The translations under genes were made by a program, and so were the position numbers. From the NCBI GenBank assembly GCA_035759705.1, contig DASTUJ010000193.1, positions 1 to 53,360 on the forward strand: a stretch of DNA of 53,360 bases. The letters run 5' to 3'. The notes under the pieces are model-generated. The model saw only the letters and a program-made list of their open reading frames with translations. It ran no database searches and was not told where the DNA came from. Shown here piece by piece: positions 35,230 through 43,499 of this stretch; position 1 is the first letter of the stretch, and each line of letters begins with the position of its first letter. Origin of the DNA: Actinomycetota bacterium (GTDB lineage Bacteria > Actinomycetota > CADDZG01 > JAHWKV01).

Positions 35230-36827
35230 GTCGGAAACCTCAGCCGTGTGCGGAGGGTGACGCACGTTCCGTGCTCGTCGGTCACGAAGTCCACCTCATC
35301 CATAAGCTTGCGCATCAGGGAACGGCCCAGCCCCCGGTTGGTACCCCGCGGCTCCCGCCACGAACCCCGGTCACAGACCGATATCTCCAAAATCGAGTCC
35401 TTGCGGACCGCATCGATTCGGATTGACCCGCCGCCCGGGCCATGGGCATGCTCGATGGAGTTTGAAACCGCCTCCCCTACGGCAACCAGGACGTCCTGGG
35501 TTTGCTGCGGGTCGGCGCCGTTGGCGGCAAGCCACCTGCGAAATGACCGGCGCAGCGGGCCGAGCTCTCTGGGGTCGGCCGCAATCGTGGCGTGAATCTC
35601 CTCCAGGAGGTCGACCCCGGCGAGCCGGACGGCCAGGATCGCAAGGTCGTCGGCAAGAACCGGGGCCCGGTCGTTGAACACGTCCCCCCGGAGAGCGTCG
35701 AGGCTCCTCCAGGGGTGCTCCGACGCTGCCCTGAGTGCTTCCAGACCCTCCTCCAGGGGGCGACCCCGCCGCTCGACCAGGCCGTCGGTGTAGATCAGGA
35801 GCGTGGAGCCCGGCTCCAGCCGGAGCGTTCGCTCCCGGTAGCTCATGAAGTCCACGCCTCCGAGCGGCGGCTCTGCCGGCTCCTCGATGAGGTGAGCCCG
35901 ACCCAGCGAGTCCACGTAGACCGGCGGCAGGTGCCCCGCGTTGGCATACCTCATCGTCCCGTCGGGCTCCAGCAGTCCGACCAGAACCGTGGCCATGACC
36001 CCGGGGTCGAAGTGAAGAAGGAAGTCGTTCAGCTGGGAAACCGTGAGATCCGGTTTGCCGTTGACGAACACCAGCGCCCTCACCGCGTTCCGAAGCCTGC
36101 CCATCGCGATGGCGGCCGGGACTCCCCGGCCGGCTATGTCTCCTACCACCACGCACAAAGACTCGGCGCCCACCACGAAGACATCGAACCAGTCGCCGCC
36201 GACGATTCCTCCCTCGGCGGGCTGGTAGTGCCCGGAGATCTCCACCCCGTGCACCTTCGGGAACCGGTCTGGAAGCAGGCTTCGCTGCAGCGTCTCAGCC
36301 AGCGCGCGCTGGCTGTGTTCACGCCGGATGTGAACCGCCATGGCAACCCGGTCGGCCACGAGCTGCATCAGCTCGACGTCTTCGGTGACGAAGGTCCGGG
36401 GCGTGAGGGTCCCGACGTGCAGGACACCGATCACGTTGCCGTGGACGATGAGCGGAACCCCGAGCATCGACCGGATTCCCTTGGACAACAAAAGCGGGTT
36501 CAGGACCTTGCGGTGATCGACCTCCTCGAGGATGACCGGCCGCCCGGTGGCTGCGATCCGGCCGGCGAACCCGCCCCCCACGGGGAGGCGGACCCCCTGC
36601 TCGACCTCCTCCTCCAACCCTTTGGCCGCCGTCGCCACCAGCTCCTGATTCTGCTCGTCCAGGAGCAGGACTGCCGCGGTGTCTGCGCGGAGGAGGTCGC
36701 GGATGCGGACGAGCAGCTCGTCGAGGAGGGATTCGACCGTGAGGTGCGCCAGTGCGGAGTCGGTGACGCTCTGGAGCCGCCTGAGGTGTTCCTCGGCGAT
36801 GTTGGCTTGGCTCTCGCTGGTCGCCAT
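35226..36827 (-). CDS. GAF - PP2C (SpoIIE/RsbU-type) phosphatase - HATPase_c (RsbW-type) fusion protein
   Basis: GAF region: LLDEQNQELVATAAKG...GFAGRIAATGRPV...MLGVPL. PP2C region: LQRSLLP...GGDWFDV...VVVGDIAGRG...YANAGHLPP...LLIYTDGLVE. Intact kinase-like motifs: GEAVSNSIEHA, VCDRGSW, GLGRSLM. ATG 36827 (MATSES) is preferred over 36938. Confidence 0.85.
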   Translation of the reverse strand: MATSESQANIAEEHLRRLQSVTDSALAHLTVESLLDELLVRIRDLLRADTAAVLLLDEQNQELVATAAKGLEEEVEQGVRLPVGGGFAGRIAATGRPVILEEVDHRKVLNPLLLSKGIRSMLGVPLIVHGNVIGVLHVGTLTPRTFVTEDVELMQLVADRVAMAVHIRREHSQRALAETLQRSLLPDRFPKVHGVEISGHYQPAEGGIVGGDWFDVFVVGAESLCVVVGDIAGRGVPAAIAMGRLRNAVRALVFVNGKPDLTVSQLNDFLLHFDPGVMATVLVGLLEPDGTMRYANAGHLPPVYVDSLGRAHLIEEPAEPPLGGVDFMSYRERTLRLEPGSTLLIYTDGLVERRGRPLEEGLEALRAASEHPWRSLDALRGDVFNDRAPVLADDLAILAVRLAGVDLLEEIHATIAADPRELGPLRRSFRRWLAANGADPQQTQDVLVAVGEAVSNSIEHAHGPGGGSIRIDAVRKDSILEISVCDRGSWREPRGTNRGLGRSLMRKLMDEVDFVTDEHGTCVTLRTRLRFPT

Positions 36828-36874
36828 GGCCCGATGAGGATACTTGGCCTCTTCAGCCGTGTCGAAGCTTAAAG

Positions 36875-37060
36875 ATGACCGGCACCCTTCCGGCCGCCGC
36901 GCGAGCGGCCGGCGGCCGGCTTTGGAAAGACCGGGCAACGGGCGGCTGCGACAACCTGCACGCCGCCCACCTGGCGGAGGACGAACAAGTCCGAAGGCAA
37001 TTGAACCAAGCCGTCTTCGAGGCGATCTACGTCACTCGGGACGGCGTTACCGAGAGTTGA
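36875..37060 (+). pseudogene. C-terminal remnant of a (large serine) recombinase
   Basis: ...GGCDNLHAAHLAEDEQVRRQLNQAVFEAIYVTRDGVTES* resembles the conserved C-terminal ...Y..A.d..RR.lNQA.F..i.v segment of actinobacterial recombinase-family proteins, from memory. Only ~40 homologous codons are present, with no catalytic domain upstream. Lies 187 nt from the 3' end of tRNA-Pro. Confidence 0.45.
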
Positions 37061-37246
37061 ATACACGCATGGCATGGCCGACCTAATGGCACCGGGCCGG
37101 CCCGGTGAAGCTCTGGTCGAGACGTCGCTGCCACCAGATATCCAGATGATTCGAACTGCCGAGGCCCCAAATGACAAACGTGCTGAGACCCGAGTCCAGG
37201 ACGTATCACCGAATTTCTCACGCTGACGGTGGGAACGTCAGTCGTT

Positions 37247-37323
37247 TGGTCGGGATGGCGGGATTTGAACCCACGACCTCCTCGTCCCGAACGAGGCACG
37301 CTACCAAGCTGCGCTACATCCCG
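37247..37323 (-). tRNA. tRNA-Pro (anticodon CGG), CCA encoded
   Basis: Reverse complement CGGGATGTAGCGCAGCTTGGTAGCGTGCCTCGTTCGGGACGAGGAGGTCGTGGGTTCAAATCCCGCCATCCCGACCA folds as a cloverleaf: 7-bp acceptor, anticodon stem CCTCG/CGAGG with loop TTCGGGA, and T-arm GTGGG-TTCAAAT-CCCGC. Confidence 0.95.
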
Positions 37324-37359
37324 TAGCCGGTCCATCTTAAAGGGTTCTCAGGCCTCCCG

Positions 37360-37779
37360 TTACCCGGCGGCCTCAACCACCTTGCGAATGGCTGCCGCAA
37401 CCGCCCCGGCGTGTGCCTCGTCGTCGTACCTCTGGCGGGGCCAGAAGAACCCCCTCAAGCCGTCCTTGAACTTGCGGGGGATCACGTGGACGTGCAGGTG
37501 GGGGACGCTCTGGCTCACCTTGTTGTTCACCGCGACGAACGTCCCATCTCCGCCCATCGCCTCCGGCATGGCTGTCGCCAGGCGCCGGGCCGCCGCGAAA
37601 AGCGGGACCAGCAGGTCGTCAGGAAGTTCGGGAAGCGTTTCGATGTGCGCCCTCGGGACCACCAGCGTGTGTCCCGGAAAAACCGGCCTGCTGTCCAGGA
37701 ACGCCAGGGTGTGTTCGTCCTCCCAGACCACGTGTGCCGGGATGGACCCGTCCAGGATGCCGCAGAAGATGCAGCTCAA
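37360..37779 (-). CDS. HIT (histidine triad) family protein
   Basis: CIFCGILDGSIPAHVVWEDEHTLAFLD ... SVPHLHVHVIPR (HxHxHxx). TTG 37779 forms a TTGA overlap with the asd stop. The rest of the 398-aa track ORF is an asd shadow. Confidence 0.85.
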   Translation of the reverse strand: MSCIFCGILDGSIPAHVVWEDEHTLAFLDSRPVFPGHTLVVPRAHIETLPELPDDLLVPLFAAARRLATAMPEAMGGDGTFVAVNNKVSQSVPHLHVHVIPRKFKDGLRGFFWPRQRYDDEAHAGAVAAAIRKVVEAAG

Positions 37780-38804
37780 CCGGGTAGCAGGATCTCCGCG
37801 ATCTGGACCGCGTTTAGCGCGGCCCCCTTGCGCAGGTTGTCGGACACGGTAAAGAAGCTGATCGAGTTCGGGTCGAAGGGGTCCCGGCGCACCCGGCCGA
37901 CATAGCAGGCGTCCTTGCCGGCCGCCTCCTGGGCGTTCGGCAGCGCCGACATCCTCACGCCGGGGGCGTGCCTCAGGATCCCCTCGATCTCGTCGAAGTC
38001 GACCGGCTGCGAGAATCGGGCGTGTACCGCAGCGCCGTGGCCGACCGCGGTCGGCACCCGGACGCAGGTGGTGATCACCTGAACGTCGGGCAGAGAAAGG
38101 ATCTTGCGGGTCTCGACCAGCATCTTGATCTCCTCGGAGGTCGAGCCGTCCTCCTTGATGCTGCCGATCTGCGGGAGGATGTTGAATGCGATGGGGGCGG
38201 CGAACATCTGCGGCTGGGGCGCAACGCCCGAGCCGAGGCCCTCGGAAAGGCTTTCCATCTCGCTCGCGAGCTTCTGCGACTGCTCGGCCAGCTCTTCGAC
38301 CCCTCCCCTTCCGGCGCCGGAGGTGGATTGGTAGGTGGAGACAATCATGCGCTCCAGTCCGTAAACCTTGTGCAGCGGGGCTACCGGCACGATCACGCCG
38401 ATGGTGGCGCAGTTGGGGTTGGCGATGATGCCCTTGTGGCGGTCGACCGCCTCCGGGTTGGCCTCGGGGATCACCAGCGGGACATCGGGGTCGGTCCGCC
38501 AGGCGGCCGAGTTGTCCACGACGATTGCCCCGGCTTCGACGGCGGGACGGGCCCACTCGGCGGCGACGTCGTCGGGGGTGTCGAGCAGGACGAGGTCGAT
38601 ACCGTCGAAGACGCCCGGCTCGAGCGCCCTCACCGTGAGCGTGCCGTTGCCGTAGCGGATCTTCTTGCCCGCCGAACGCTGGGAGGCGATGGCGATGACC
38701 TCGGAGGCCGGATAGTGGCGCTCGGCCAGTATGTCGAGCATCACGCGTCCGACCGCGCCGGTGGCACCGACGACCGCGACGATAGGAGCGTGGGGCAGTT
38801 TCAT
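37776..38804 (-). CDS. asd: aspartate-semialdehyde dehydrogenase
   Basis: VAVVGATGAVG, IIANPNCATI (active-site Cys), STYQSTSGAG, VRVPTAVGH. Confidence 0.93.
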   Translation of the reverse strand: MKLPHAPIVAVVGATGAVGRVMLDILAERHYPASEVIAIASQRSAGKKIRYGNGTLTVRALEPGVFDGIDLVLLDTPDDVAAEWARPAVEAGAIVVDNSAAWRTDPDVPLVIPEANPEAVDRHKGIIANPNCATIGVIVPVAPLHKVYGLERMIVSTYQSTSGAGRGGVEELAEQSQKLASEMESLSEGLGSGVAPQPQMFAAPIAFNILPQIGSIKEDGSTSEEIKMLVETRKILSLPDVQVITTCVRVPTAVGHGAAVHARFSQPVDFDEIEGILRHAPGVRMSALPNAQEAAGKDACYVGRVRRDPFDPNSISFFTVSDNLRKGAALNAVQIAEILLPG

Positions 38805-38855
38805 GGGATCTAGGTTAACCGCAACCAGGCGGCCCCGGCCATTGGGCCGCTACGG

Positions 38856-41800
38856 CTACGGCTCGTCTCCGTCGCCCGAGTCGCCGCTGTCGCCCGAGTT
38901 CCCGGTGCCGCCGGTTCCGCCGCCGTCACCCGATCCTCCCGAATTCCCGCCGCTTCCGGCGTTGCCCGAGTCGCCGCTACCCGCCGGACCTCCGTTGCCG
39001 CTGCCGCCGCTGCCCGACCGGGCCGGGGCGCCGTTACCGGCGCTGCAGCCGCCCTTGCAGCCGCCTCCGCCGCCGCCTCCGCCGGAGCCTCCGCCGCCGC
39101 TCCCGCGGCCCGTCGTCGCCCCCGAGTAACGCCCGCTGCCGCCGGCCGTGCCGCCGGGACCGCCTGCGCCGCCCTGTCCGCCGCCGTCTCCGCCTGCCCC
39201 CCCGACCGCAGGCCCGGCGTCCCCGCCGTTGCCGCTGCCGCCGGTGGCGTCACCGGTAGGTGCGCTGTCGCCGCCGTCACCTGCGTCTCCCGAGTCGCCG
39301 CCGTCGCCTGCATTGCCGGAGTCGCCGGTATCCCCGGCGTCCCCGGTTGTCTGGCTTCCGGCCTGCTCGTTCAGCTGCTCGACGATCCCCGGGAACAACT
39401 GAATAAGGCACACGGCCGTCCCGCCGCCAATCGCGCCTACCGAATTTCCGCAAACGTTGATCGGGAACTGAAGCACAGAACCCGCCAGGTTGTTGAAGAT
39501 CGTCCGGATCGATATGCCGCCGGCGCCGCCTGCGTTTCCGGTGCGCCCTGAGCTGCCGCCGTCCCCGGCCGCGCCGGATTCGCCGCCGTCCCCTGCGCTG
39601 CCGGAGTTGCCGCTAGACGCACCGCCTCCGTTTCCGGTGCCGCCGTCGCCCGAGGTGGCCCGGCCGCCGTTGCCGGCGTTGCAGCCGCCGTCACAGGAGC
39701 CCGTTCCCCCGCTACCGCCGCTACCGCCCCCGCCGTTCCCGCTGCCCAGGGTGGCGCCTGCAAAGGCTCCGCTGCCTCCCGCCGCTCCGCCTTCACCTCC
39801 GTCTCCGCCGTTACCGCCGCCGTTGCCGCCTGCTCCACCTCTGGCCGGCCCCCCGTTGCCGCCGTCCCCGCTTCCTCCGGTTGCGCTACCGGTGCGGCCG
39901 CTGGTCCCGCCGTCGCCGCCGGTCCCCGAGTCGCCGCCGTCACCTGCTGCGCCCGACTCTCCGCTGTCGCCGCCGTCTCCGGCGGTGATCCCCGCTATTG
40001 TCGAGGCGACCTGCGGAGCGAACTCCAACAGCGCCGTCACTGCACAGATAGCTTCGCTCGCTACCCCCGGGCCGTCGGCGTTTCCGATTCCGTTGCCGCA
40101 GACGTTGAGGGCCACCTGGGTCACATCCCCGATAAAGCTCGAGCTGGAGAGGATGTCGACTAAGCCGCCGTCACCACCCTCGCCGGTGCGCCCGGAGCTC
40201 CCTCCGTCTCCGGCCCTTCCGGAGTCCCCGCCATCGCCGGCGTTGCCGGAGTTCCCGCTGTCCGCCGGCCCTCCGTTGCCGGATCCCCCCGAGCCCGAGT
40301 CGGCCGGGCCGCCGTGACCGGCGTTGCAGCCGCCCTCACAAGAACCCGCTCCTCCGGAGCCGCCGCTTCCGCCTCCGCCGTCCCCGCTGCCAAGGGTCGC
40401 TCCGGCGTAGTCGCCGCTTCCTCCGGCAAATCCTCCGGCGCCGCCGTCGCCGCCCCGGCCGCCGCCGTTACCGCCGCCGCCTCCGGTTGCCGTGCCCCCG
40501 TTCCCGCCGTTCCCGCTGCCGCCGGTTGCATTCCCGGTGCGGCCGCTGTCGCCCCCGTCGCCCGCCGCGCCCGAGTCCCCTCCGTCGCCTCCCGGGCCGG
40601 AGTCGCCGCTGTCGCCTCCGTCACCCGTGGACACCGAATCGATGAGCGTGGTGAGCTGGGGAGCGAAGTTGATGATGGCCTCGGCGATGCAGGATTCGGC
40701 AATCCCAACGCCCGGGTTGACGTTGCTCACGCCGTTTCCGCAGATGTTCACCGCCGCCTGGAGGACATCGCCCACGAAGTTGGCCTGCGACCTGATGCGA
40801 GCGTCTCCCCCGTCGCCTGCGTCCCCTGTAGCTCCCGAGTTGCCTCCGTCGCCGGCGGCGCCCGACTCGCCGCCATCACCGGCGTTGCCCGAGCTGCCGC
40901 TGGACGCCGAGCCTCCGTCTCCGTTCCCGCCACCGCCCGAGGTCGCCCGGCCGCCGTTCCCGGCATTGCAGCCGCCCTCGCAGGAACCCGGGCCGCCTAC
41001 TCCTCCGTTTCCGCCACCGCCGTCGCCGCTGCCCAGCGTGGCGCCGGTAAAGTCGCCGCTACCCCCGGCCCCACCCCCTGCACCGCCGCTGCCGCCGGTT
41101 CCCCCTCCGTCGCCGCCGGAGCCCCCGTTAGCGGAGCCGCCGTTGCCGCCCCGGCCGCGGCCTCCGGTTGCGTTGCCGGTACGGCCGCTGTCGCCGCCGT
41201 CTCCGCCCGCGCCGGAATTGCCGCCGTCCCCGGCTGCGCCCGACTCACCGCTGTCGCCACCGTCGCCGGTAGAGAGAGAGCCGACCAGCGTCGCGATCTG
41301 GGGTGCGAAGTTGAAGACGGTGCGCGCGATGCACTCGTTGGCGGTGCCGCTGGCCGGAGCGTCGTCTGTCCCGATGGCGTTGCCGCAGACATTTGCCGAT
41401 ACCTGGACCAGGTCTCCGAGACGCTCGGCCGTCGCCCGCAGGCTGAAGTCCCCGCCGTCACCGCCGTCACCGGTGCTCCCGACCCTGCCCGCGTCCCCGG
41501 CGTCGCCGGATTCCCCGGCCCGGCCCGATGCCCCCGAGCTGCCGGTGGATGCGTTGCCCCCATCTCCCGACCCGCCGGGACCGCCGCTCGCCGGGCCTCC
41601 TGTGCCGGCGCGGCAGCCGCCCTCACACGAACCGGGTCCCCCGGCGCCGCCGTCTCCGCCGCCGCCCGAGCCGCTGCCGAGGGTCGCTCCCGCAAAATCG
41701 CCTTCGCCGCCTGCGGGGCCTCCGTTTCCTCCACCGCCCCCGGTTCCACCCCCGTCTCCCCCGTCGCCGCCTGTGGCCGACCCGGCGTCCCCGCCGTCTC

Positions 41801-42143
41801 CCCGGCCGGCCGAAGCGTCGCCTATTCGCCCGGTGCGGCCGGCGTCGCCGCCGGGTCCGGAATCGCCCGCCAGGCCCGCTGCCCCGAGCTCACCGGAGTC
41901 ACCTCCGCCACCGAGGTCGGCCGAGCCGCCGCTAATGATCGATGTGCCCACCTCGAAGATGGCTTCGGTGAAACAATTCGCAAACGCCGTTCCCGTCCCC
42001 AGGACGTTTCCGCAGATGTTGATGCTGATCTGGGCGTCGACCGCGTTGGCCGAAGTAGGAATCGCAAGGCCGGCCAGCAGGACGCCGGTGATGAGGATCG
42101 ACTTCAGCGCTGCCGAAACTCTTGGCGGCCTGCCTGAGTTCAT
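38856..42143 (-). CDS. secreted glycine-rich repeat protein with five chaplin-like (N[IV]CGN...C) motifs
   Basis: 1095-aa ORF. GGGGAG before the ATG. Sec signal ...LAGLAIPTSANA/VDAQ. Five ~210-aa modules (details in findings). The only frame with a signal peptide and a single uninterrupted reading across the whole repeat. Confidence 0.75.
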   Translation of the reverse strand: MNSGRPPRVSAALKSILITGVLLAGLAIPTSANAVDAQISINICGNVLGTGTAFANCFTEAIFEVGTSIISGGSADLGGGGDSGELGAAGLAGDSGPGGDAGRTGRIGDASAGRGDGGDAGSATGGDGGDGGGTGGGGGNGGPAGGEGDFAGATLGSGSGGGGDGGAGGPGSCEGGCRAGTGGPASGGPGGSGDGGNASTGSSGASGRAGESGDAGDAGRVGSTGDGGDGGDFSLRATAERLGDLVQVSANVCGNAIGTDDAPASGTANECIARTVFNFAPQIATLVGSLSTGDGGDSGESGAAGDGGNSGAGGDGGDSGRTGNATGGRGRGGNGGSANGGSGGDGGGTGGSGGAGGGAGGSGDFTGATLGSGDGGGGNGGVGGPGSCEGGCNAGNGGRATSGGGGNGDGGSASSGSSGNAGDGGESGAAGDGGNSGATGDAGDGGDARIRSQANFVGDVLQAAVNICGNGVSNVNPGVGIAESCIAEAIINFAPQLTTLIDSVSTGDGGDSGDSGPGGDGGDSGAAGDGGDSGRTGNATGGSGNGGNGGTATGGGGGNGGGRGGDGGAGGFAGGSGDYAGATLGSGDGGGGSGGSGGAGSCEGGCNAGHGGPADSGSGGSGNGGPADSGNSGNAGDGGDSGRAGDGGSSGRTGEGGDGGLVDILSSSSFIGDVTQVALNVCGNGIGNADGPGVASEAICAVTALLEFAPQVASTIAGITAGDGGDSGESGAAGDGGDSGTGGDGGTSGRTGSATGGSGDGGNGGPARGGAGGNGGGNGGDGGEGGAAGGSGAFAGATLGSGNGGGGSGGSGGTGSCDGGCNAGNGGRATSGDGGTGNGGGASSGNSGSAGDGGESGAAGDGGSSGRTGNAGGAGGISIRTIFNNLAGSVLQFPINVCGNSVGAIGGGTAVCLIQLFPGIVEQLNEQAGSQTTGDAGDTGDSGNAGDGGDSGDAGDGGDSAPTGDATGGSGNGGDAGPAVGGAGGDGGGQGGAGGPGGTAGGSGRYSGATTGRGSGGGGSGGGGGGGGCKGGCSAGNGAPARSGSGGSGNGGPAGSGDSGNAGSGGNSGGSGDGGGTGGTGNSGDSGDSGDGDEP
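38860..42040. repeat. five imperfect tandem coding modules of ~627-648 bp
   Basis: The Cys codon of the CGN motif recurs at 42014, 41387, 40742, 40100 and 39452 on the minus strand. Long GGN-rich stretches are near-identical between modules. Confidence 0.8.
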
Positions 42144-42250
42144 GTGCTCCCCAATGTCCTCAACTCCGGGCGCCCGGCTTAGGACCGGGGGGCACTATTA
42201 AGTCACTGCGGGGCGAGGCTTCGCAACCCCCAAGCCGGCGGGACGACTCT

Positions 42251-43495
42251 CTAAGCCTGGCCCACCGCGGACATCGAAGGCTTACCCTCCAGGCCGAACC
42301 GGTCGTGAATGAGGGTCACCGCCCGGTTGATTTCTACCGACCGCACCACACACGAGATTCGGATCGAGGAGGTGGAGATCATCTCGATGTTGATGCCGGC
42401 CTCCGCCAGGGCGGCGAACATCTCCGCCGCCACCCCCGGGTCGGTCTTCATGCCGGCCCCGATGAGCGAGAGCTTGGCGATGTCGGAGTCGGCCGAGAAG
42501 CCCTCGGCGCCGATGTCGGCCACGATCCGCCGGATTGCGTCGCCCGACCGGATCAGGTCCTCCTTGGGCATGGTGAAGGTCAGGTCCGTCTTTCCTTCGT
42601 GGGAGATGTTCTGCACGATCATGTCGACGTTGATCCGCTCCTTGGCGATGTCGCTGAAGATGCGTGCGGCAATGCCCGGCCGGTCGGGGACCCCGTCGAC
42701 CCGGATCATCGCCTCGGAAGTGTCCTGCGCCACCGCAGTGACAAGAGCCTTTTCCACCTGTTCAACCTCCTCTTTGACCACGGTGCCGGACTCATCGGTA
42801 AACGACGACCGGCAGTGGATCACCACGCCGTGGGTGCGGGCAAACTCAACAGAACGCAGCGCAAGCACGCCGGCGCCGGACGCCGCCATCTCGAGCATCT
42901 CGTCGTAGGTCACCGCGTTCAGCTTGCGGGCCTTCGGCACGATGCGGGGGTCGGCGGAGAACACGCCCGCCACGTCGGTGTAGATCTCGCACACCTCGGC
43001 GCCGAGGGCCGCCGCCAGAGCAACTGCAGTGGTGTCGGACCCGCCCCGGCCCAGCGTGGTGACGTCCTTGTCGGACGAAACGCCCTGGAAGCCGGCGACG
43101 ATGACGATCTGACCTGCTGACAGCGCGGCTTCGATCCGGTGCGCCTTGACCTCGACGATGCGGGCCTTGGTGTGGGAGGTGTCGGTCATGATGCCGGCCT
43201 GGCTGCCGGTGAAGCTGATGGCGTCGTGGCCCATCTCGTTCAGGGCCATCGCCAGCAGAGCCATCGAGATCCGCTCCCCGGCGCTCAGCAGCATGTCCAT
43301 CTCCCGGGCGTGCGGCACCTCGGAGATCTCGTGAGCCAGCTTGACCAGGTCGTCGGTGGCCTTGCCCATGGCGGACACGACGACGACCATGGAGTTGCCC
43401 GCAGCGGCGCACCGGGCGATGCGCTCGGCGACCACCTTGATCCGCTCCACGCCGGCGACTGAGGTTCCGCCGTACTTCTGAACGACTATGCCCAC
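42251..43495 (-). CDS. ask: aspartate kinase
   Basis: [40 protein letters not shown], and two C-terminal ACT domains. Confidence 0.95.
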   Translation of the reverse strand: MGIVVQKYGGTSVAGVERIKVVAERIARCAAAGNSMVVVVSAMGKATDDLVKLAHEISEVPHAREMDMLLSAGERISMALLAMALNEMGHDAISFTGSQAGIMTDTSHTKARIVEVKAHRIEAALSAGQIVIVAGFQGVSSDKDVTTLGRGGSDTTAVALAAALGAEVCEIYTDVAGVFSADPRIVPKARKLNAVTYDEMLEMAASGAGVLALRSVEFARTHGVVIHCRSSFTDESGTVVKEEVEQVEKALVTAVAQDTSEAMIRVDGVPDRPGIAARIFSDIAKERINVDMIVQNISHEGKTDLTFTMPKEDLIRSGDAIRRIVADIGAEGFSADSDIAKLSLIGAGMKTDPGVAAEMFAALAEAGINIEMISTSSIRISCVVRSVEINRAVTLIHDRFGLEGKPSMSAVGQA

Positions 43496-43499
43496 AGCC

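Noticed and set aside
37081-37246. tRNA-like GTTCGAATC box and a TCA-containing loop between the recombinase remnant and tRNA-Pro, considered as a possible selC (tRNA-Sec) or tRNA fragment
   Set aside because: I could not build acceptor, anticodon or T stems around it: no complement to GGCAG after the TTCGAAT loop and no 8/5 Sec-type geometry. It may be debris of the lost element.
37780-38556. Upper part of the 398-aa minus ORF (37360-38556)
   Set aside because: It is out of frame inside asd and Arg/Gly/Pro-rich. Only the last 139 codons (the HIT protein, from TTG 37779) show family motifs.
38860-42040. Periodic repeats considered as a CRISPR-like or satellite array
   Set aside because: The period is ~640 bp, not 25-40 bp. 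There is no repeat/spacer structure, and the whole region lies inside one ORF.
39490-42201. Plus-strand Pro/Ser/Ala-rich ORFs (39490-40317, 40314-42137, 40492-42201) that could be read as extensin-like or Pro-rich proteins
   Set aside because: They are reverse-complement shadows of GGN-rich codons, fragmented into several frames, with no signal peptide or RBS. The minus-strand frame is continuous for 1095 codons with a signal peptide and structured Cys motifs. It remains worth an experimental strand check.
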